From Lachnospiraceae bacterium (GTDB lineage: Bacteria; Bacillota; Clostridia; Lachnospirales; Lachnospiraceae), in contig JAFRSH010000027.1 in NCBI GenBank assembly GCA_017427685.1, positions 2,477 through 66,476 on the forward strand: a stretch of DNA of 64,000 nt, given 5' to 3'. The stretch's first letter is position 1, and each line of letters opens with the position of its first letter. Position numbers and translations under genes: made by a program. Below are positions 9,125 to 19,896 of this stretch, piece by piece. The notes beneath the pieces were generated by a model, which ran no database searches, was not told the origin of the DNA, and saw only the letters and a program-made list of their open reading frames with translations.

Positions 9125-11287
9125 ATGGATACGGGTAAAGAAAACTTGATCTTTGGCTTGGACATCGGAACACGTAGTGTTGTCGGAACAGTCGGATACA
9201 GAACATCCGCTCGTGAATTCGTGGCGGTCGCTCAGTCCGTGAGATTCCATGAGACCCGTGCGATGCTTGACGGTCAGATCCACGATATCGGTGCGGTAGC
9301 CGCAACGATCGGTGAAGTAAAGCGTGAGCTCGAGAACAAGACTCACACCAGACTTACCGGTGTCTGCATCGCAGCCGCAGGTCGTGTGCTCAAGACCAGA
9401 CAGGTCAGGATCGACTACGACCTTGAGGGCGAGGCTGTCATCGACAACGGCATGATCCATACCATGGAGCTCATGGGTGTCGAGAAGGCGAGCGATGTAC
9501 TCCGTCGTGAGGAAAAGGGCGGCGGTAACTATTTTTGTGTCGGCTATTCCGTGACGAAGTACTACCTCGGCGATGTTGCGATCATGAACCTCGAGGGTCA
9601 CAAGGGTACGGCGATCGGTGCAGATCTCCTCGCAACCTTCCTTCCGCGCGATGTCACCGACGGACTTTACGCCGCAACAGACAGAGCGGGACTCGAAGTC
9701 ATCAACCTTACACTCGAGCCTATCGCGGCCATCAACATCGCGATCCCTCAGAAGTTCAGACTCCTCAATCTCGCTCTTGTCGATGTCGGAGCGGGAACAA
9801 GCGATATCTGTATCACGAGCGAGGGCTCGGTTACAGCCTACGGAATGATCCCGAAAGCGGGAGATTTCCTCACCGAATCAGTCATGCAGAAATACCTCGT
9901 GGAATTCAAGACCGCGGAAGACATGAAGATCGGTATATCCGGTAAGAAAAAGAAGATATCATACAAAGACATCATCGGTTCAAAGGTCAGCGTGCCTGTG
10001 GAAGACCTTAAGGCAACCCTGAGCGATCCGATGAAAGAGCTCGCGAAGATGATCGCGGACAAGATCAAGGAGCTTAACGGCGGCAAGTCGCCCAGCGCAG
10101 TCTTCCTTGTAGGAGGCGGCGGCAAGACACCCGGTTTCACCGACATGATCGCCGCAGCACTCAAGATCCCTTCGGAGCGTGTGGCTCTGCGCGGAGCCGA
10201 GGTACTCGGCGAGGTTCGTTTCCTCGAAGAGAACATCAAGAAGGATCCGATGCTCGTTACACCGATCGGTATCTGCCTCAACTACTACGAGCAGAACAAC
10301 AACTTCATCTTCGCACGTGTTAACGGTGAGCTGCTGAGACTTTATGACAACGGTCATCTGACTGTTATGGATGCGGCCATGGGTATCGGTATCGATACGA
10401 GCTCGCTCTTCCCGAGACGCGGAGACGGCGTTTCCTTCACCTTCAACGGCAAGAGTCGTGTTGTGCGCGGTGAAGCGGGCGAGGGTGCGGTCATCAAAGT
10501 TAACGGTCAGCTTGGATCGATCGCTTCGCCGATCGTCAGGGGCGACGAGGTCATCATCACTCCTTCGACGAAGGGTACACCGGCTGAGGTCAGTGTTGAA
10601 AGCCTTGCAGAGGGCGCGAGAAGCATCTGCTTCATTGTCAACGGTCGCAAGGTTGCGGCTCCGAGACTCTTGCTTGTCAATGGCAAGGAAGCCGAGCCCG
10701 GTATGATGGTAAGCAACGGTGACTCGATCGAGGAAGCAGACTACTACACCGCGGGAAGACTGCTCGAATACATGGATGTCACCGCCGTCGGGACCATAAG
10801 CATTAATAACGTACCTGCCCTTCCGCAGGACATGGTCTACGAGAACTTCTCGATAGATTTCGAGCTTGCGGGCGAAGACAGTTCGCTTGACAATCAGGGT
10901 GAAATGATGCAAGATGTATCAGGTGTCGAGGCGGACGAAGAGCAGGAAGAAACCGCTCAAACCGTTGTAAACACTGAAGTTCCGGGCACCAAAGAGGAGC
11001 CCGCGGTACAGAAACCCGAAGATAAAAAGCCCGATGAAGACAAGCCTGCAGTCGCGGAAGCGGCTCCCGCCACAGGACCTCACAACATCACCGTTGTGGT
11101 CAACGGGCTGCCTGTTTCACTGACGGGCAAGGACCTCTACAGACTTGTGGACGTGCTCGATGTTTACCCTTCGTTCGATACCAAGAACCCGCAGGGTGAC
11201 AGAGCGGTCATCAGGATAAACGGCACAGACACCGACTTTATCCACGAGCTGTACGGCGGAGAACGTATCGATCTTTATTGGGAATGA
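9125..11287 (+). CDS. FtsA-like actin-fold ATPase with a long C-terminal extension
   Basis: Phosphate-1 motif LIFGLDIGTRSVVG and DVGAGTSDI. The C-terminal ~320 aa contain three xVNG-type segments resembling ThiS/MoaD beta-grasp units. Confidence 0.7.
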   Translation: MDTGKENLIFGLDIGTRSVVGTVGYRTSAREFVAVAQSVRFHETRAMLDGQIHDIGAVAATIGEVKRELENKTHTRLTGVCIAAAGRVLKTRQVRIDYDLEGEAVIDNGMIHTMELMGVEKASDVLRREEKGGGNYFCVGYSVTKYYLGDVAIMNLEGHKGTAIGADLLATFLPRDVTDGLYAATDRAGLEVINLTLEPIAAINIAIPQKFRLLNLALVDVGAGTSDICITSEGSVTAYGMIPKAGDFLTESVMQKYLVEFKTAEDMKIGISGKKKKISYKDIIGSKVSVPVEDLKATLSDPMKELAKMIADKIKELNGGKSPSAVFLVGGGGKTPGFTDMIAAALKIPSERVALRGAEVLGEVRFLEENIKKDPMLVTPIGICLNYYEQNNNFIFARVNGELLRLYDNGHLTVMDAAMGIGIDTSSLFPRRGDGVSFTFNGKSRVVRGEAGEGAVIKVNGQLGSIASPIVRGDEVIITPSTKGTPAEVSVESLAEGARSICFIVNGRKVAAPRLLLVNGKEAEPGMMVSNGDSIEEADYYTAGRLLEYMDVTAVGTISINNVPALPQDMVYENFSIDFELAGEDSSLDNQGEMMQDVSGVEADEEQEETAQTVVNTEVPGTKEEPAVQKPEDKKPDEDKPAVAEAAPATGPHNITVVVNGLPVSLTGKDLYRLVDVLDVYPSFDTKNPQGDRAVIRINGTDTDFIHELYGGERIDLYWE

Positions 11288-12093
11288 AAGGATCAGTTTT
11301 GAAGTTTTGTTCACTTGCCAGTGGCAGCAGCGGCAACTGTCTCTACCTTAAGGCGGGAGACACGGCCATCCTTGTTGACGCGGGGCTAAGCTGCAAGAAG
11401 GTTTGCGAGGGCCTCGAAGAGATAGGAGAGAGCCCCTGTAAGATAAAAGCGTGCTTCGTCACGCATGACCACAGCGATCACATCAAAGGCGTTCCGACGC
11501 TTATGCGGAAGTTCGGGATACCCGTCTATGCCACGAGGGGAACCCTCACGTCGATCGCGCTCAGTGATAAGCGAGAGCTTCCGCGGGAACTGATGTACGA
11601 GCTTGTTCCCGACATGGAGGTGACGCTCGGAGATCTGAACGTTATGCCGTTCAGGATCTCGCACGATGCGGCCGACCCCGTGTGCTACACGATCCGCCAC
11701 GGAGACAGGAAGCTCGGGATGGCGACGGATCTCGGAGAGTTCACGGATTACACGCTCGGTCATCTCGCCGGGTCGAACGCACTTTATGTGGAAGCCAACC
11801 ATAACAAGAACATGCTTATGATGGGACCCTATCCTTATCAGCTCAAACTCAGGATAGACTCGCCGCTCGGGCATCTTTCGAACGAGGCGTGCGGTGACAT
11901 GGTCTCGAGGGTAATGACCGGAGAGCTGAGCACTGTCATGCTCGCTCACATAAGCGTTGATAACAATTTTGAAGAACTTGCTTACCAAACGGTCAGTCAG
12001 ATCGTTAAGGAAGCGGCACGGGAGCGCGGGATCGACGCTCCGACGGTAGTGGTGGCGGACCGTTTTAAACCGACCGCCGTATTTGAGATCTAG
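11284..12093 (+). CDS. MBL-fold metallo-hydrolase (YycJ/WalJ-like)
   Basis: LASGSSGNC and the HxHxDH motif (THDHSDHIKG). ATGA overlap with the upstream stop codon. Confidence 0.8.
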   Translation: MKGSVLKFCSLASGSSGNCLYLKAGDTAILVDAGLSCKKVCEGLEEIGESPCKIKACFVTHDHSDHIKGVPTLMRKFGIPVYATRGTLTSIALSDKRELPRELMYELVPDMEVTLGDLNVMPFRISHDAADPVCYTIRHGDRKLGMATDLGEFTDYTLGHLAGSNALYVEANHNKNMLMMGPYPYQLKLRIDSPLGHLSNEACGDMVSRVMTGELSTVMLAHISVDNNFEELAYQTVSQIVKEAARERGIDAPTVVVADRFKPTAVFEI

Positions 12094-12182
12094 GTTCGAG
12101 ATTAATGGGGAAAATTTGGAACCGAGTGGGGAAAAAGAACGTCTGATATATTGGGATCATTTATCAAAGAAATGGAGTTATT

Positions 12183-12455
12183 ATGCAGAAAGTAATTATC
12201 ACCGTAGTCGGAAAAGACTGTGTAGGCATCATGGCAAAGGTTTGTACATACCTTGCCGAAAAGCAGATCAACATCCTCGATATTTCGCAGACGATCGTTT
12301 CGGGATATTTTAACATGATGATGGTTGCCGACAGGCAGCTCGACAAGGGTCATTTTGAGGATACAGCGAAGGAGCTTGAGGAACTCGGCAGCTCGATCGG
12401 AGTTGTTATCCGCATGCAGCGCGAAGAGATCTTCAATATGATGCACAGGATTTGA
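12183..12455 (+). CDS. ACT-domain protein (UPF0237 family)
   Basis: [20 protein letters not shown]...ILDISQTI, the ACT pattern. Conserved pairing with the downstream UPF0210 gene. Confidence 0.8.
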   Translation: MQKVIITVVGKDCVGIMAKVCTYLAEKQINILDISQTIVSGYFNMMMVADRQLDKGHFEDTAKELEELGSSIGVVIRMQREEIFNMMHRI

Positions 12456-12477
12456 GCCGAGAGCAGAGGTAGAAGTC

Positions 12478-13842
12478 ATGATAAATATAACGGAAGTTTC
12501 CGAGACCAATGAGATGATCAACAAGGAAAACCTTGATGTCAGAACGATCACCATGGGTATCAGCCTGTATGATTGCGCGGGGGAAGACCTGTCGCGCGTG
12601 CAGGATAAGATCTTAGAGAAAATTGTGAGAAAGGCCGGTCGTCTTGTTGAGGTCGGCGAGCACATTTCGAAGAGCTACGGGATCCCCGTAGTCAATAAAA
12701 GAATTGCCGTAACACCCATTTCGAGCATCGGATCCTCATGCTGCAAGAGCGAGGAGGATTTCGTCAAGCTTGCGCTCACGCTCGAAAAGGCCGCACAGGA
12801 GACGGGCGTCAACCTGATCGGCGGCTACGGCGCAGTCATCTCGAAGGGGATGACGGATCACGAGAAGATCTTCCTTCGCTCGATCCCCGAGGCACTCAAG
12901 GTTACAAGGAGTGTGTGCAGCTCCGTCAATGTCGGTTCTACCAGAACAGGCATCAACATGGACGCTGTAAGGATGATGGGCGAGATCATCGTAGATACGG
13001 CCAAGCGTTCCTACGGTACGGATTCGCTGGGCTGTGCAAAGCTTGTTGTTTTCTGTAACGCACCCGATGACAATCCCTTCATGGCAGGCGCTTTCCACGG
13101 CGTGAGCGAAGGCGAGGCGATCATCAATGTCGGCATCAGCGGACCCGGTGTTGTTAAGAAGGCACTCGAGAGCCTGCACGGAGCGAGCTTTGAAGTGCTC
13201 TGCGAGGCTATCAAGAAGACGGCGTTCAAGATCACGCGTGTCGGTCAGCTCGTTGCGACCGAAGCAGCGCGCAGGCTTGACGTTCCGTTCGGGATCGTGG
13301 ATCTTTCGCTGGCTCCCACACCCGCTGTGGGCGACAGTGTTGCTGATATACTTAAGGAGATCGGACTTGAGCATCCCGGTGCACCCGGAACGACTGCGGC
13401 TCTCGCTCTTCTCAACGATCAGGTGAAGAAGGGCGGCGTTATGGCCAGCTCGTACGTCGGCGGACTTTCGGGCGCGTTCATCCCCGTATCGGAGGATAAG
13501 GGTATGATCGAAGCTGTCGAAGCCGGAGCTCTTTCACTTGAGAAGCTTGAAGCAATGACATGTGTATGTTCGGTAGGTCTCGATATGATCGCGATCCCCG
13601 GCGACACACCTGCATCGACCATTTCCGGCATTATCGCCGACGAGATGGCCATAGGCATGATCAATCAGAAGACAACGGCAGTACGACTTATCCCCGCGAT
13701 AGGTAAGAAGGTCGGGGAAAGCCTTGATTTTGGCGGACTTTTTGGGTACTCACCCGTAATGCCTGTCAACACCTTCTCATGCAGCGACTTTATCGCCAGG
13801 GAAGGCAGGATTCCCGCACCGATTCACAGCTTTAAGAATTGA
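12478..13842 (+). CDS. UPF0210 / DUF711 (PFL-like) family protein
   Basis: 454 aa. N-terminus [13 protein letters not shown] and overall resemblance to the UPF0210 family. Confidence 0.8.
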   Translation: MINITEVSETNEMINKENLDVRTITMGISLYDCAGEDLSRVQDKILEKIVRKAGRLVEVGEHISKSYGIPVVNKRIAVTPISSIGSSCCKSEEDFVKLALTLEKAAQETGVNLIGGYGAVISKGMTDHEKIFLRSIPEALKVTRSVCSSVNVGSTRTGINMDAVRMMGEIIVDTAKRSYGTDSLGCAKLVVFCNAPDDNPFMAGAFHGVSEGEAIINVGISGPGVVKKALESLHGASFEVLCEAIKKTAFKITRVGQLVATEAARRLDVPFGIVDLSLAPTPAVGDSVADILKEIGLEHPGAPGTTAALALLNDQVKKGGVMASSYVGGLSGAFIPVSEDKGMIEAVEAGALSLEKLEAMTCVCSVGLDMIAIPGDTPASTISGIIADEMAIGMINQKTTAVRLIPAIGKKVGESLDFGGLFGYSPVMPVNTFSCSDFIAREGRIPAPIHSFKN

Positions 13843-13882
13843 TACGGTTTTTTGTTAGGTTTATTAGGAGGCACCGGCACTG

Positions 13883-15730
13883 ATGGCAGGTAAAGATTTT
13901 AATGACGGGTACGACGATCCCGGATACGATGAACCCGAATTCGACGAAACTGAGTTTGACGAGTCGGATTATGAGGATTCGGATTACGAGGATTCAGAGT
14001 ACGATGAGCTCCTTCTTGATGCGGAGGAGGACGGCGAACTGATCCCCGCCGAAGACGGGGAAGAGCTTGCGTATGAGGAGTATGATGAAGGACTCTTGCC
14101 GGAAGACGGCGACGAGGAGTTCATGTACGACGAAGAAGGAAACAGCGAGCTTAAGCCCAAGGTTTATTACTACAAGGATGAAGAAAACTACGAAGAAGAT
14201 ATGCTCTACGAAGAGCCGGAGGATGATGGTGAAGTGACTAAAGGAAAGAAGAAGATGTCATTGCTCAAGAAGATCCTCCTCGGAGTGGGTATTTTCTTCG
14301 GCGTGGTGATAATCTTTGCTGTGTTCACGATCTTCACTCCCGCCGGAAGAAACTTCTGGTACTGGATCGCCGGAGGAATTGTGGATGACGGCTTGATCAC
14401 TATTTCAGAAGAAGAGGAAGCGAAGGCAACCAAGATCCTTGCCGATAACGATATTCTTTTGGAAAGCGGGGTCGGTATAGTTGATCCGAGCGGCAACCCG
14501 CTCAGACCGGATGGCCCGAGAAGCGAAGATTATGTCAAGACATACCTGATCTTCGGTATCGAGGAGATCGGCGGAGCGGCCAATACGGACGCGATCATGC
14601 TCGTCTCGATCAATAAGCAGGATAACACCATAAAGCTCACGTCCATAATGCGTGATACTTACGTCAACATCCCGGGCAACAACCCCAACAAGATCAATTC
14701 GGTCTACTCGAGGGGTGCCAAGATGACAGACGATCCCAAGCTCAAGAAAGCTACGGGAGCACTGCTTCTCAAGAACGTTATCGAGAACACCTTTGATGTT
14801 GCAATCTCGGGATACGCGTGCGTTAACTTCCAAAGCTTTGAGAAGATCGTCGATATACTCGGCGGTATCGATATCGAGCTCGGTGAGAAGGAAGCGGCAT
14901 ATCTGCGCAAGACCAACTACATCAGCAACCCCGCAAACCGTACCGTTCAGAAGGGCTGGAACCACATGAACGGCAACCAGGTGCTCGGTTACTGTCGTGT
15001 CAGAAAGGTTGTCACACTCGGCGGAGCGAACAATGACTACGGACGTACCGTAAGACACAGACGTGTCATAAACGCCATTATTTCGAAGTTCAAGTCACTC
15101 AGCTACCTTGACATGCTGCCCATCATGAAGGAAGTGCTCGGCGAGATCACCACGAACATCAGAGAGGATCAGATCACCGATACACTCAGAGATGTTGTCG
15201 AGAACAGTATCTTCACGACCAACTCCATGAGACTTCCGGCTGACGAGTTCTTCACGGACAGCGGCAGGAAAGGCATTTACAACGGAAGCAGCAACATCAC
15301 ATACACACTTGTAATGGGAGACCAGCTCGGTAAGAATATCGAGAGGCTCCACCAGTTCATTTTCCTTGATAAGGAAGGAGAGACCGATACAACAGGAATG
15401 GTAGGAGCAGGTGCGGGAGCACAGAGCGGATCCGGCAGTTCGTCAAGCTCGGGTTCGTCCTCGTCAAAGACGTCGCCCACACCCACTGCAACTCCCCAGA
15501 CATCAATGATAGACGAGGCGATCCCGTCCTCACAGCAGCTCGGAGCCGAGGCACCGACCGGTCCCACGGGAATCCCCGGACTCGTGCCCGAGGACTCACT
15601 TGTAAGCACGGAGGGCGCGATCGAACTTACACCTTCGGATACGACACCCGCCGAGCCGGTGATCACTGATCCCGTGACTACGGTGACAGAGCCGGTGACG
15701 ATAATTGATGACACTTATCCTGACGAGTAA
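13883..15730 (+). CDS. LCP (LytR-CpsA-Psr) family protein
   Basis: Acidic cytoplasmic N-terminus, one TM helix, then the LCP core (NTDAIMLVSINKQDNTIKLTSIMRDTYVNIPG, GYCRVRK). Ser/Thr/Pro-rich tail. Confidence 0.8.
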   Translation: MAGKDFNDGYDDPGYDEPEFDETEFDESDYEDSDYEDSEYDELLLDAEEDGELIPAEDGEELAYEEYDEGLLPEDGDEEFMYDEEGNSELKPKVYYYKDEENYEEDMLYEEPEDDGEVTKGKKKMSLLKKILLGVGIFFGVVIIFAVFTIFTPAGRNFWYWIAGGIVDDGLITISEEEEAKATKILADNDILLESGVGIVDPSGNPLRPDGPRSEDYVKTYLIFGIEEIGGAANTDAIMLVSINKQDNTIKLTSIMRDTYVNIPGNNPNKINSVYSRGAKMTDDPKLKKATGALLLKNVIENTFDVAISGYACVNFQSFEKIVDILGGIDIELGEKEAAYLRKTNYISNPANRTVQKGWNHMNGNQVLGYCRVRKVVTLGGANNDYGRTVRHRRVINAIISKFKSLSYLDMLPIMKEVLGEITTNIREDQITDTLRDVVENSIFTTNSMRLPADEFFTDSGRKGIYNGSSNITYTLVMGDQLGKNIERLHQFIFLDKEGETDTTGMVGAGAGAQSGSGSSSSSGSSSSKTSPTPTATPQTSMIDEAIPSSQQLGAEAPTGPTGIPGLVPEDSLVSTEGAIELTPSDTTPAEPVITDPVTTVTEPVTIIDDTYPDE

Positions 15731-15747
15731 TCATAAGGAGTTCCCCG

Positions 15748-17313
15748 ATGACAGATGATCCCGTAATCGATGAGATGATCGAAATCCTGCCGGACGAAGT
15801 TCCCGCAGACCCCGAAGAGGTCACGACTGAGACTGCGTCCGATGACAGTGATATGACCATTGTTCCCGAAAGGGAGCCTGAGCCCGAGATCCCGGACGAT
15901 GAGGATTCGGACATGAAGATCGTTCCCGAGCGTGTGTCAATCGAGGATTTCAACAGATCGGTCAGTGAGGAACAACAGGCAGCACCTCCCGAAGAACTCG
16001 ACGAGGATGCCGACATGAAGATCATCCCCGAGGGCGGTTCCTACGAGGACGATTACAGCAAGGAAATATACGAGCTGGAGCATGAGGATGATGATCGTGA
16101 GCTTATCGAAGCGATCGGAGCGTCACTTCAGGAAGAGAACATGAACTCGATCGTCGGTGAGGTTCCTCTCACGGACATCGTGATAGAGACCGAGACTACG
16201 CCCTGGTACAAGAGGCTGTGGAAGCGGATCAAAAAGCTTCCTGTGTGGGTTTACCCCGCCGCGGGAGCATGTACACTTCTCATAGTTGCGGTGATCCTGA
16301 TCTTCGCAACCAACATCGGAAGGGATATCGTCATTGACGAGGGCGCAAGCTACGCCAGCGGCATGATGAACTACAGCCCGGTTGTTCCCGAGAAGATCAT
16401 CGAGATTCCGGACGACCTTGATTTCGACATGATGCCGGGTGTTGAGGTTGTAGACGAGACACAGAAGCTCGACCTCCCCGAGAACGAGAAGAAGCCGGCG
16501 AACACGGGCACGGAACCGGAAGAGAAGAAGGTCCACAACATCCTTCTGCTCGGTGAAGAGAATCTTGAATCCGGCGGGGGACGCGGGCGTTCGGACCTTA
16601 TAATGATCGCCACCATTAACGAAGAGGACGGAAGCATCAAGCTCACCTCGATCATGCGTGATATACTTGTCGCGATCCCCGGATACAGCGACAACAGGCT
16701 TAATGCCGCATATGCGATGGGAGGGGTATCGCTCGTCTACCAGACACTCGCCAACAATCTCGGACTTGATATCGACAACTACGCACTCGTGAACTTTGAA
16801 TCGTTTGAGAAGATCATCGATGCGATCGGCGGAGTCGATATCGAGCTCACCGAAGAAGAGGCTTCGTACCTCAACAGGACCAATTACATAAGCAAAGAGA
16901 AATACCGTAATGTGAGGGTCGGCAAGAACCACCTCAACGGTAATCAGGCACTCGGGTACTGCCGCATCAGAAAGGTCGGAACCTCGGGCCGTGAGTACAG
17001 CGATTTCGGACGTACATCACGTCAGAGGATGTTGCTCGAGTCGATAGTCGCATCACTTAAGGGCATGAGCATCAAGCAGCTCAAGAAGTTCTGTGACAAG
17101 TGCCTGCCGTATGTTACGACGGACATAGATGAGGAGACTCTCGAGAAGTATATCAAGGCAGTCTTCGACATCGGGCTCGACAAGAAGATCCGCGATTACA
17201 GGATCCCTATCGACGGGACCTACAGCGATGCCAACCTGCGAGGGATGCTCGTGACGAAGGTGGATCTGAGGAAGAACGCACTCGAGCTGCAGGAGTTTAT
17301 TTACGGTAAGTGA
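15748..17313 (+). CDS. LCP (LytR-CpsA-Psr) family protein, paralog
   Basis: Acidic N-terminus with three D[SA]DM[TK]I[VI]PE repeats, a TM helix, then the LCP core (RSDLIMIATINEEDGSIKLTSIMRD, GYCRIRK). Confidence 0.8.
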   Translation: MTDDPVIDEMIEILPDEVPADPEEVTTETASDDSDMTIVPEREPEPEIPDDEDSDMKIVPERVSIEDFNRSVSEEQQAAPPEELDEDADMKIIPEGGSYEDDYSKEIYELEHEDDDRELIEAIGASLQEENMNSIVGEVPLTDIVIETETTPWYKRLWKRIKKLPVWVYPAAGACTLLIVAVILIFATNIGRDIVIDEGASYASGMMNYSPVVPEKIIEIPDDLDFDMMPGVEVVDETQKLDLPENEKKPANTGTEPEEKKVHNILLLGEENLESGGGRGRSDLIMIATINEEDGSIKLTSIMRDILVAIPGYSDNRLNAAYAMGGVSLVYQTLANNLGLDIDNYALVNFESFEKIIDAIGGVDIELTEEEASYLNRTNYISKEKYRNVRVGKNHLNGNQALGYCRIRKVGTSGREYSDFGRTSRQRMLLESIVASLKGMSIKQLKKFCDKCLPYVTTDIDEETLEKYIKAVFDIGLDKKIRDYRIPIDGTYSDANLRGMLVTKVDLRKNALELQEFIYGK

Positions 17314-17473
17314 GCAAAGGAATAACATACGGCATTTAATGCCGGAAGTGCCGACCGTTCCGGGACTGTTAAGGGGTTACAAAAGGACTGACAAAGGAAT
17401 TTGGAGAGTCCACAGGGGACGGTTATAAATGTGAGAAAGTATTAAGTTATGGAAAACTGAAAGGAGCGGGTGT

Positions 17474-18277
17474 ATGGAAATACAGATGTGGAGAGAGATC
17501 CTTGAGCCTTATTCACTTGCGGTGGATGAACTCAAGGAAAAATTCGAGCACATGAGATCGGCTTACAGGGCTGCGGGCCTTTATTCACCCATCGAGCAGG
17601 TCGATGTACGAGTAAAATCCATCTCGAGCCTTCTGGAGAAGGTTCAGCGCAAGCATATCTCGCTTGACGACATCGAAACGCACATCGACGATATCGCGGG
17701 TGTTCGTATCATCTGCCAGTTCATAGAGGACATCTACAAGGTCGCACAGATCATCAAGAAGCGTACCGACATGCAGGTGGTTGAAGAGCAGGACTATGTG
17801 AAGGATCAGAAGCCTTCGGGCTACAGAAGCTACCACATGGTCATCAAATACAGGGTTGAGTCGCTCAAAGGACCCAAGGACATCTTCTGCGAGATCCAGA
17901 TCAGAACGCTCGCGATGAACTTCTGGGCTACGATCGAGCACTCCCTTCAGTACAAGTACAAGCAGAACATGCCCGAGAACCTGCGTGTCAGACTTTTAAA
18001 GGCGGCAGAGGCTATCGTCGTTCTCGACAGGGAGATGTCCCTTGTACGAGGCGAGATCATGGACGCTCAGAACACGTTCACCCTTAAGTCGAACCTCGTG
18101 GCCGACATCCTGACCAACATCCAGAACCTCTACAAGGTAGCGAACAAGCGCGAGATCGTGAAGATTCAGGATGAGTTCTTTAAGATCTATAACTCGGAGG
18201 ATCTGGCGCATCTCGAACTCTTCGCGAAGGAGCTGGATATAATCTCTGAAGGTTATAGGGCGCAAAGCCTTAAATAA
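17474..18277 (+). CDS. Small alarmone synthetase (RelQ/RelP-type GTP pyrophosphokinase)
   Basis: RelA/SpoT synthetase motifs DIAGVRIIC, GYRSYHMVI and EIQIRTLAMNFWATIEHSLQYKY. No hydrolase domain. Confidence 0.8.
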   Translation: MEIQMWREILEPYSLAVDELKEKFEHMRSAYRAAGLYSPIEQVDVRVKSISSLLEKVQRKHISLDDIETHIDDIAGVRIICQFIEDIYKVAQIIKKRTDMQVVEEQDYVKDQKPSGYRSYHMVIKYRVESLKGPKDIFCEIQIRTLAMNFWATIEHSLQYKYKQNMPENLRVRLLKAAEAIVVLDREMSLVRGEIMDAQNTFTLKSNLVADILTNIQNLYKVANKREIVKIQDEFFKIYNSEDLAHLELFAKELDIISEGYRAQSLK

Positions 18278-18288
18278 AATGCCAAGAG

Positions 18289-18331
18289 GCCTGCGCCGGC
18301 AAACACCTTGTCCGCGCAGGCTGTTTACGTT
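18289..18331 (+). terminator. Possible intrinsic terminator after the alarmone synthetase gene
   Basis: GCCTGCGC ... GCGCAGGC stem with a 17-nt loop, followed by TGTTTACGTTT. Confidence 0.4.
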
Positions 18332-18391
18332 TGGGAAAGTTTAATAAATCAGTTTAAGAAGATTAAGGATTGAAAACAGGGGATTGCGTCT

Positions 18392-19876
18392 ATGTACAGA
18401 GATTATCTTCCTGAAAAATTCATAGATAACATGCAGGAACTCCTCGGAGATGAATTTGAGGAGTTTTTGGCGTCGTATGACGTGGAACCTGCGTCGGGGC
18501 TTCGTGTTAATACCATGAAGGTTTCACCCGGGAGGTTCGGGGAGATTTACAGGAAGCTCGAGAGAGTGCCTTGGGCTGAGGGCGGCTTCTACGTTCAGAC
18601 AGAAGAGGGCGAGTCCGCTCCCTCGAAGCATCCTTACTATCATGCAGGCCTTTATTATCTTCAGGAGCCGAGTGCCATGGCTCCGGGGGCGCTCCTGCCG
18701 CTTACTGAGGGTTGCAGGGTCCTCGATCTTTGCGCGGCTCCCGGCGGGAAGAGTACCCAGATTGGGGCAAGGCTAGCAGGAAAAGGAATCCTTGTTTCAA
18801 ATGACATAAGCGCTTCACGCGCAAGGGCGCTCCTCAAGAATATAGAACTTTTCGGGATCGGAAATGTGCTCATCACCTCCGAATCACCCGACAGACTCGC
18901 GGGAGTATTCTCCGGATATTTCGACAGGATCGTTATCGACGCGCCCTGTTCGGGTGAGGGCATGTTCAGAAAGGTGCATGCGGTCGCGAAGAACTGGGAA
19001 CAGTACGGCAGCGGCTACTACGCCGACCTTCAGAAGCAGATCATCCCCCACGCGATCGAGATGCTTGCACCCGGCGGCGTCATGATCTACTCGACATGCA
19101 CGTTCTCGCCCCTTGAGGACGAGGCATCACTCGCGCTTATCCTGCGTGAGCATCCCGACATGCACGTGATACCCTTCCCCGAGGCCGAGCGTCTGTTCGG
19201 CGAGATCGGGTTCGTGAGGGCAAACGGCACCGATTACCCCGCCGAGATCTCAAACGCAGCCAGACTTTATCCCCACAAGATCAAGGGCGAGGGCCATTTC
19301 GTGGCGCTCCTTCGCAAGGACGGCCCCGGTGAGCTTGGGGTCGAGGCCATCTCTAAGGATCAGACAGACACACTCCCGACCGGGGGAGCTACAAGGGCCT
19401 TTAATCAGTGTAACGCCTATGCTGCATCCGTTCGCAAACGCCACCGTGACGTACCTGACAGTGCGTTTGACTTCTTTGAGAAGATCGGATTCGAGATCCC
19501 TGCCGAAAGGCTTTATGTCAAGGGCGGATTCGTTTCGCTCGATCCCGAACCGCAGATCCCGTTCGGAGCCGAGAAGCTTAGAACCCTGCGTCGCGGACTC
19601 CTGCTCGGCGAGATCAAGAAAGACAGATTCGAGCCCTCGCAGGCACTCGCTTGCGCGATGCCCGCAGGAGCTTTTGAGAACGTCATCGACTTCCCTTCGG
19701 ATTCGCAGGACGTGATCAGATACCTGAAGTGCGAGACTATAAGCGTCAGCGGAGAGAACGCTGAGGCTGAGGACGGGTACGTCCTTGTGTGCACGGATGG
19801 GTTCCCCCTCGGGTGGGGACGCAAGAAGGGGGACACCATCAAGAATCGGTATCTGCCGGGGTGGAGGATGATGTGA
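18392..19876 (+). CDS. RsmF/RsmB-like rRNA (cytosine-C5) methyltransferase
   Basis: NOL1/NOP2/Sun motifs LDLCAAPGGKSTQ, DAPCSGEGMFRK and YSTCT. C-terminal PUA-like region. Confidence 0.85.
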   Translation: MYRDYLPEKFIDNMQELLGDEFEEFLASYDVEPASGLRVNTMKVSPGRFGEIYRKLERVPWAEGGFYVQTEEGESAPSKHPYYHAGLYYLQEPSAMAPGALLPLTEGCRVLDLCAAPGGKSTQIGARLAGKGILVSNDISASRARALLKNIELFGIGNVLITSESPDRLAGVFSGYFDRIVIDAPCSGEGMFRKVHAVAKNWEQYGSGYYADLQKQIIPHAIEMLAPGGVMIYSTCTFSPLEDEASLALILREHPDMHVIPFPEAERLFGEIGFVRANGTDYPAEISNAARLYPHKIKGEGHFVALLRKDGPGELGVEAISKDQTDTLPTGGATRAFNQCNAYAASVRKRHRDVPDSAFDFFEKIGFEIPAERLYVKGGFVSLDPEPQIPFGAEKLRTLRRGLLLGEIKKDRFEPSQALACAMPAGAFENVIDFPSDSQDVIRYLKCETISVSGENAEAEDGYVLVCTDGFPLGWGRKKGDTIKNRYLPGWRMM

Positions 19877-19896
19877 GTATCTAGCACAATTTGGTA

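Noticed and set aside
17330-17350. CATACGGCATTTAATGCCG hairpin, whose first 7 nt match the left boundary (CATACGG) of the A/B repeats.
   Set aside because: Too short, and it lacks the TCCTGCC / CGGGCGCGG arms. The similarity is probably coincidental.
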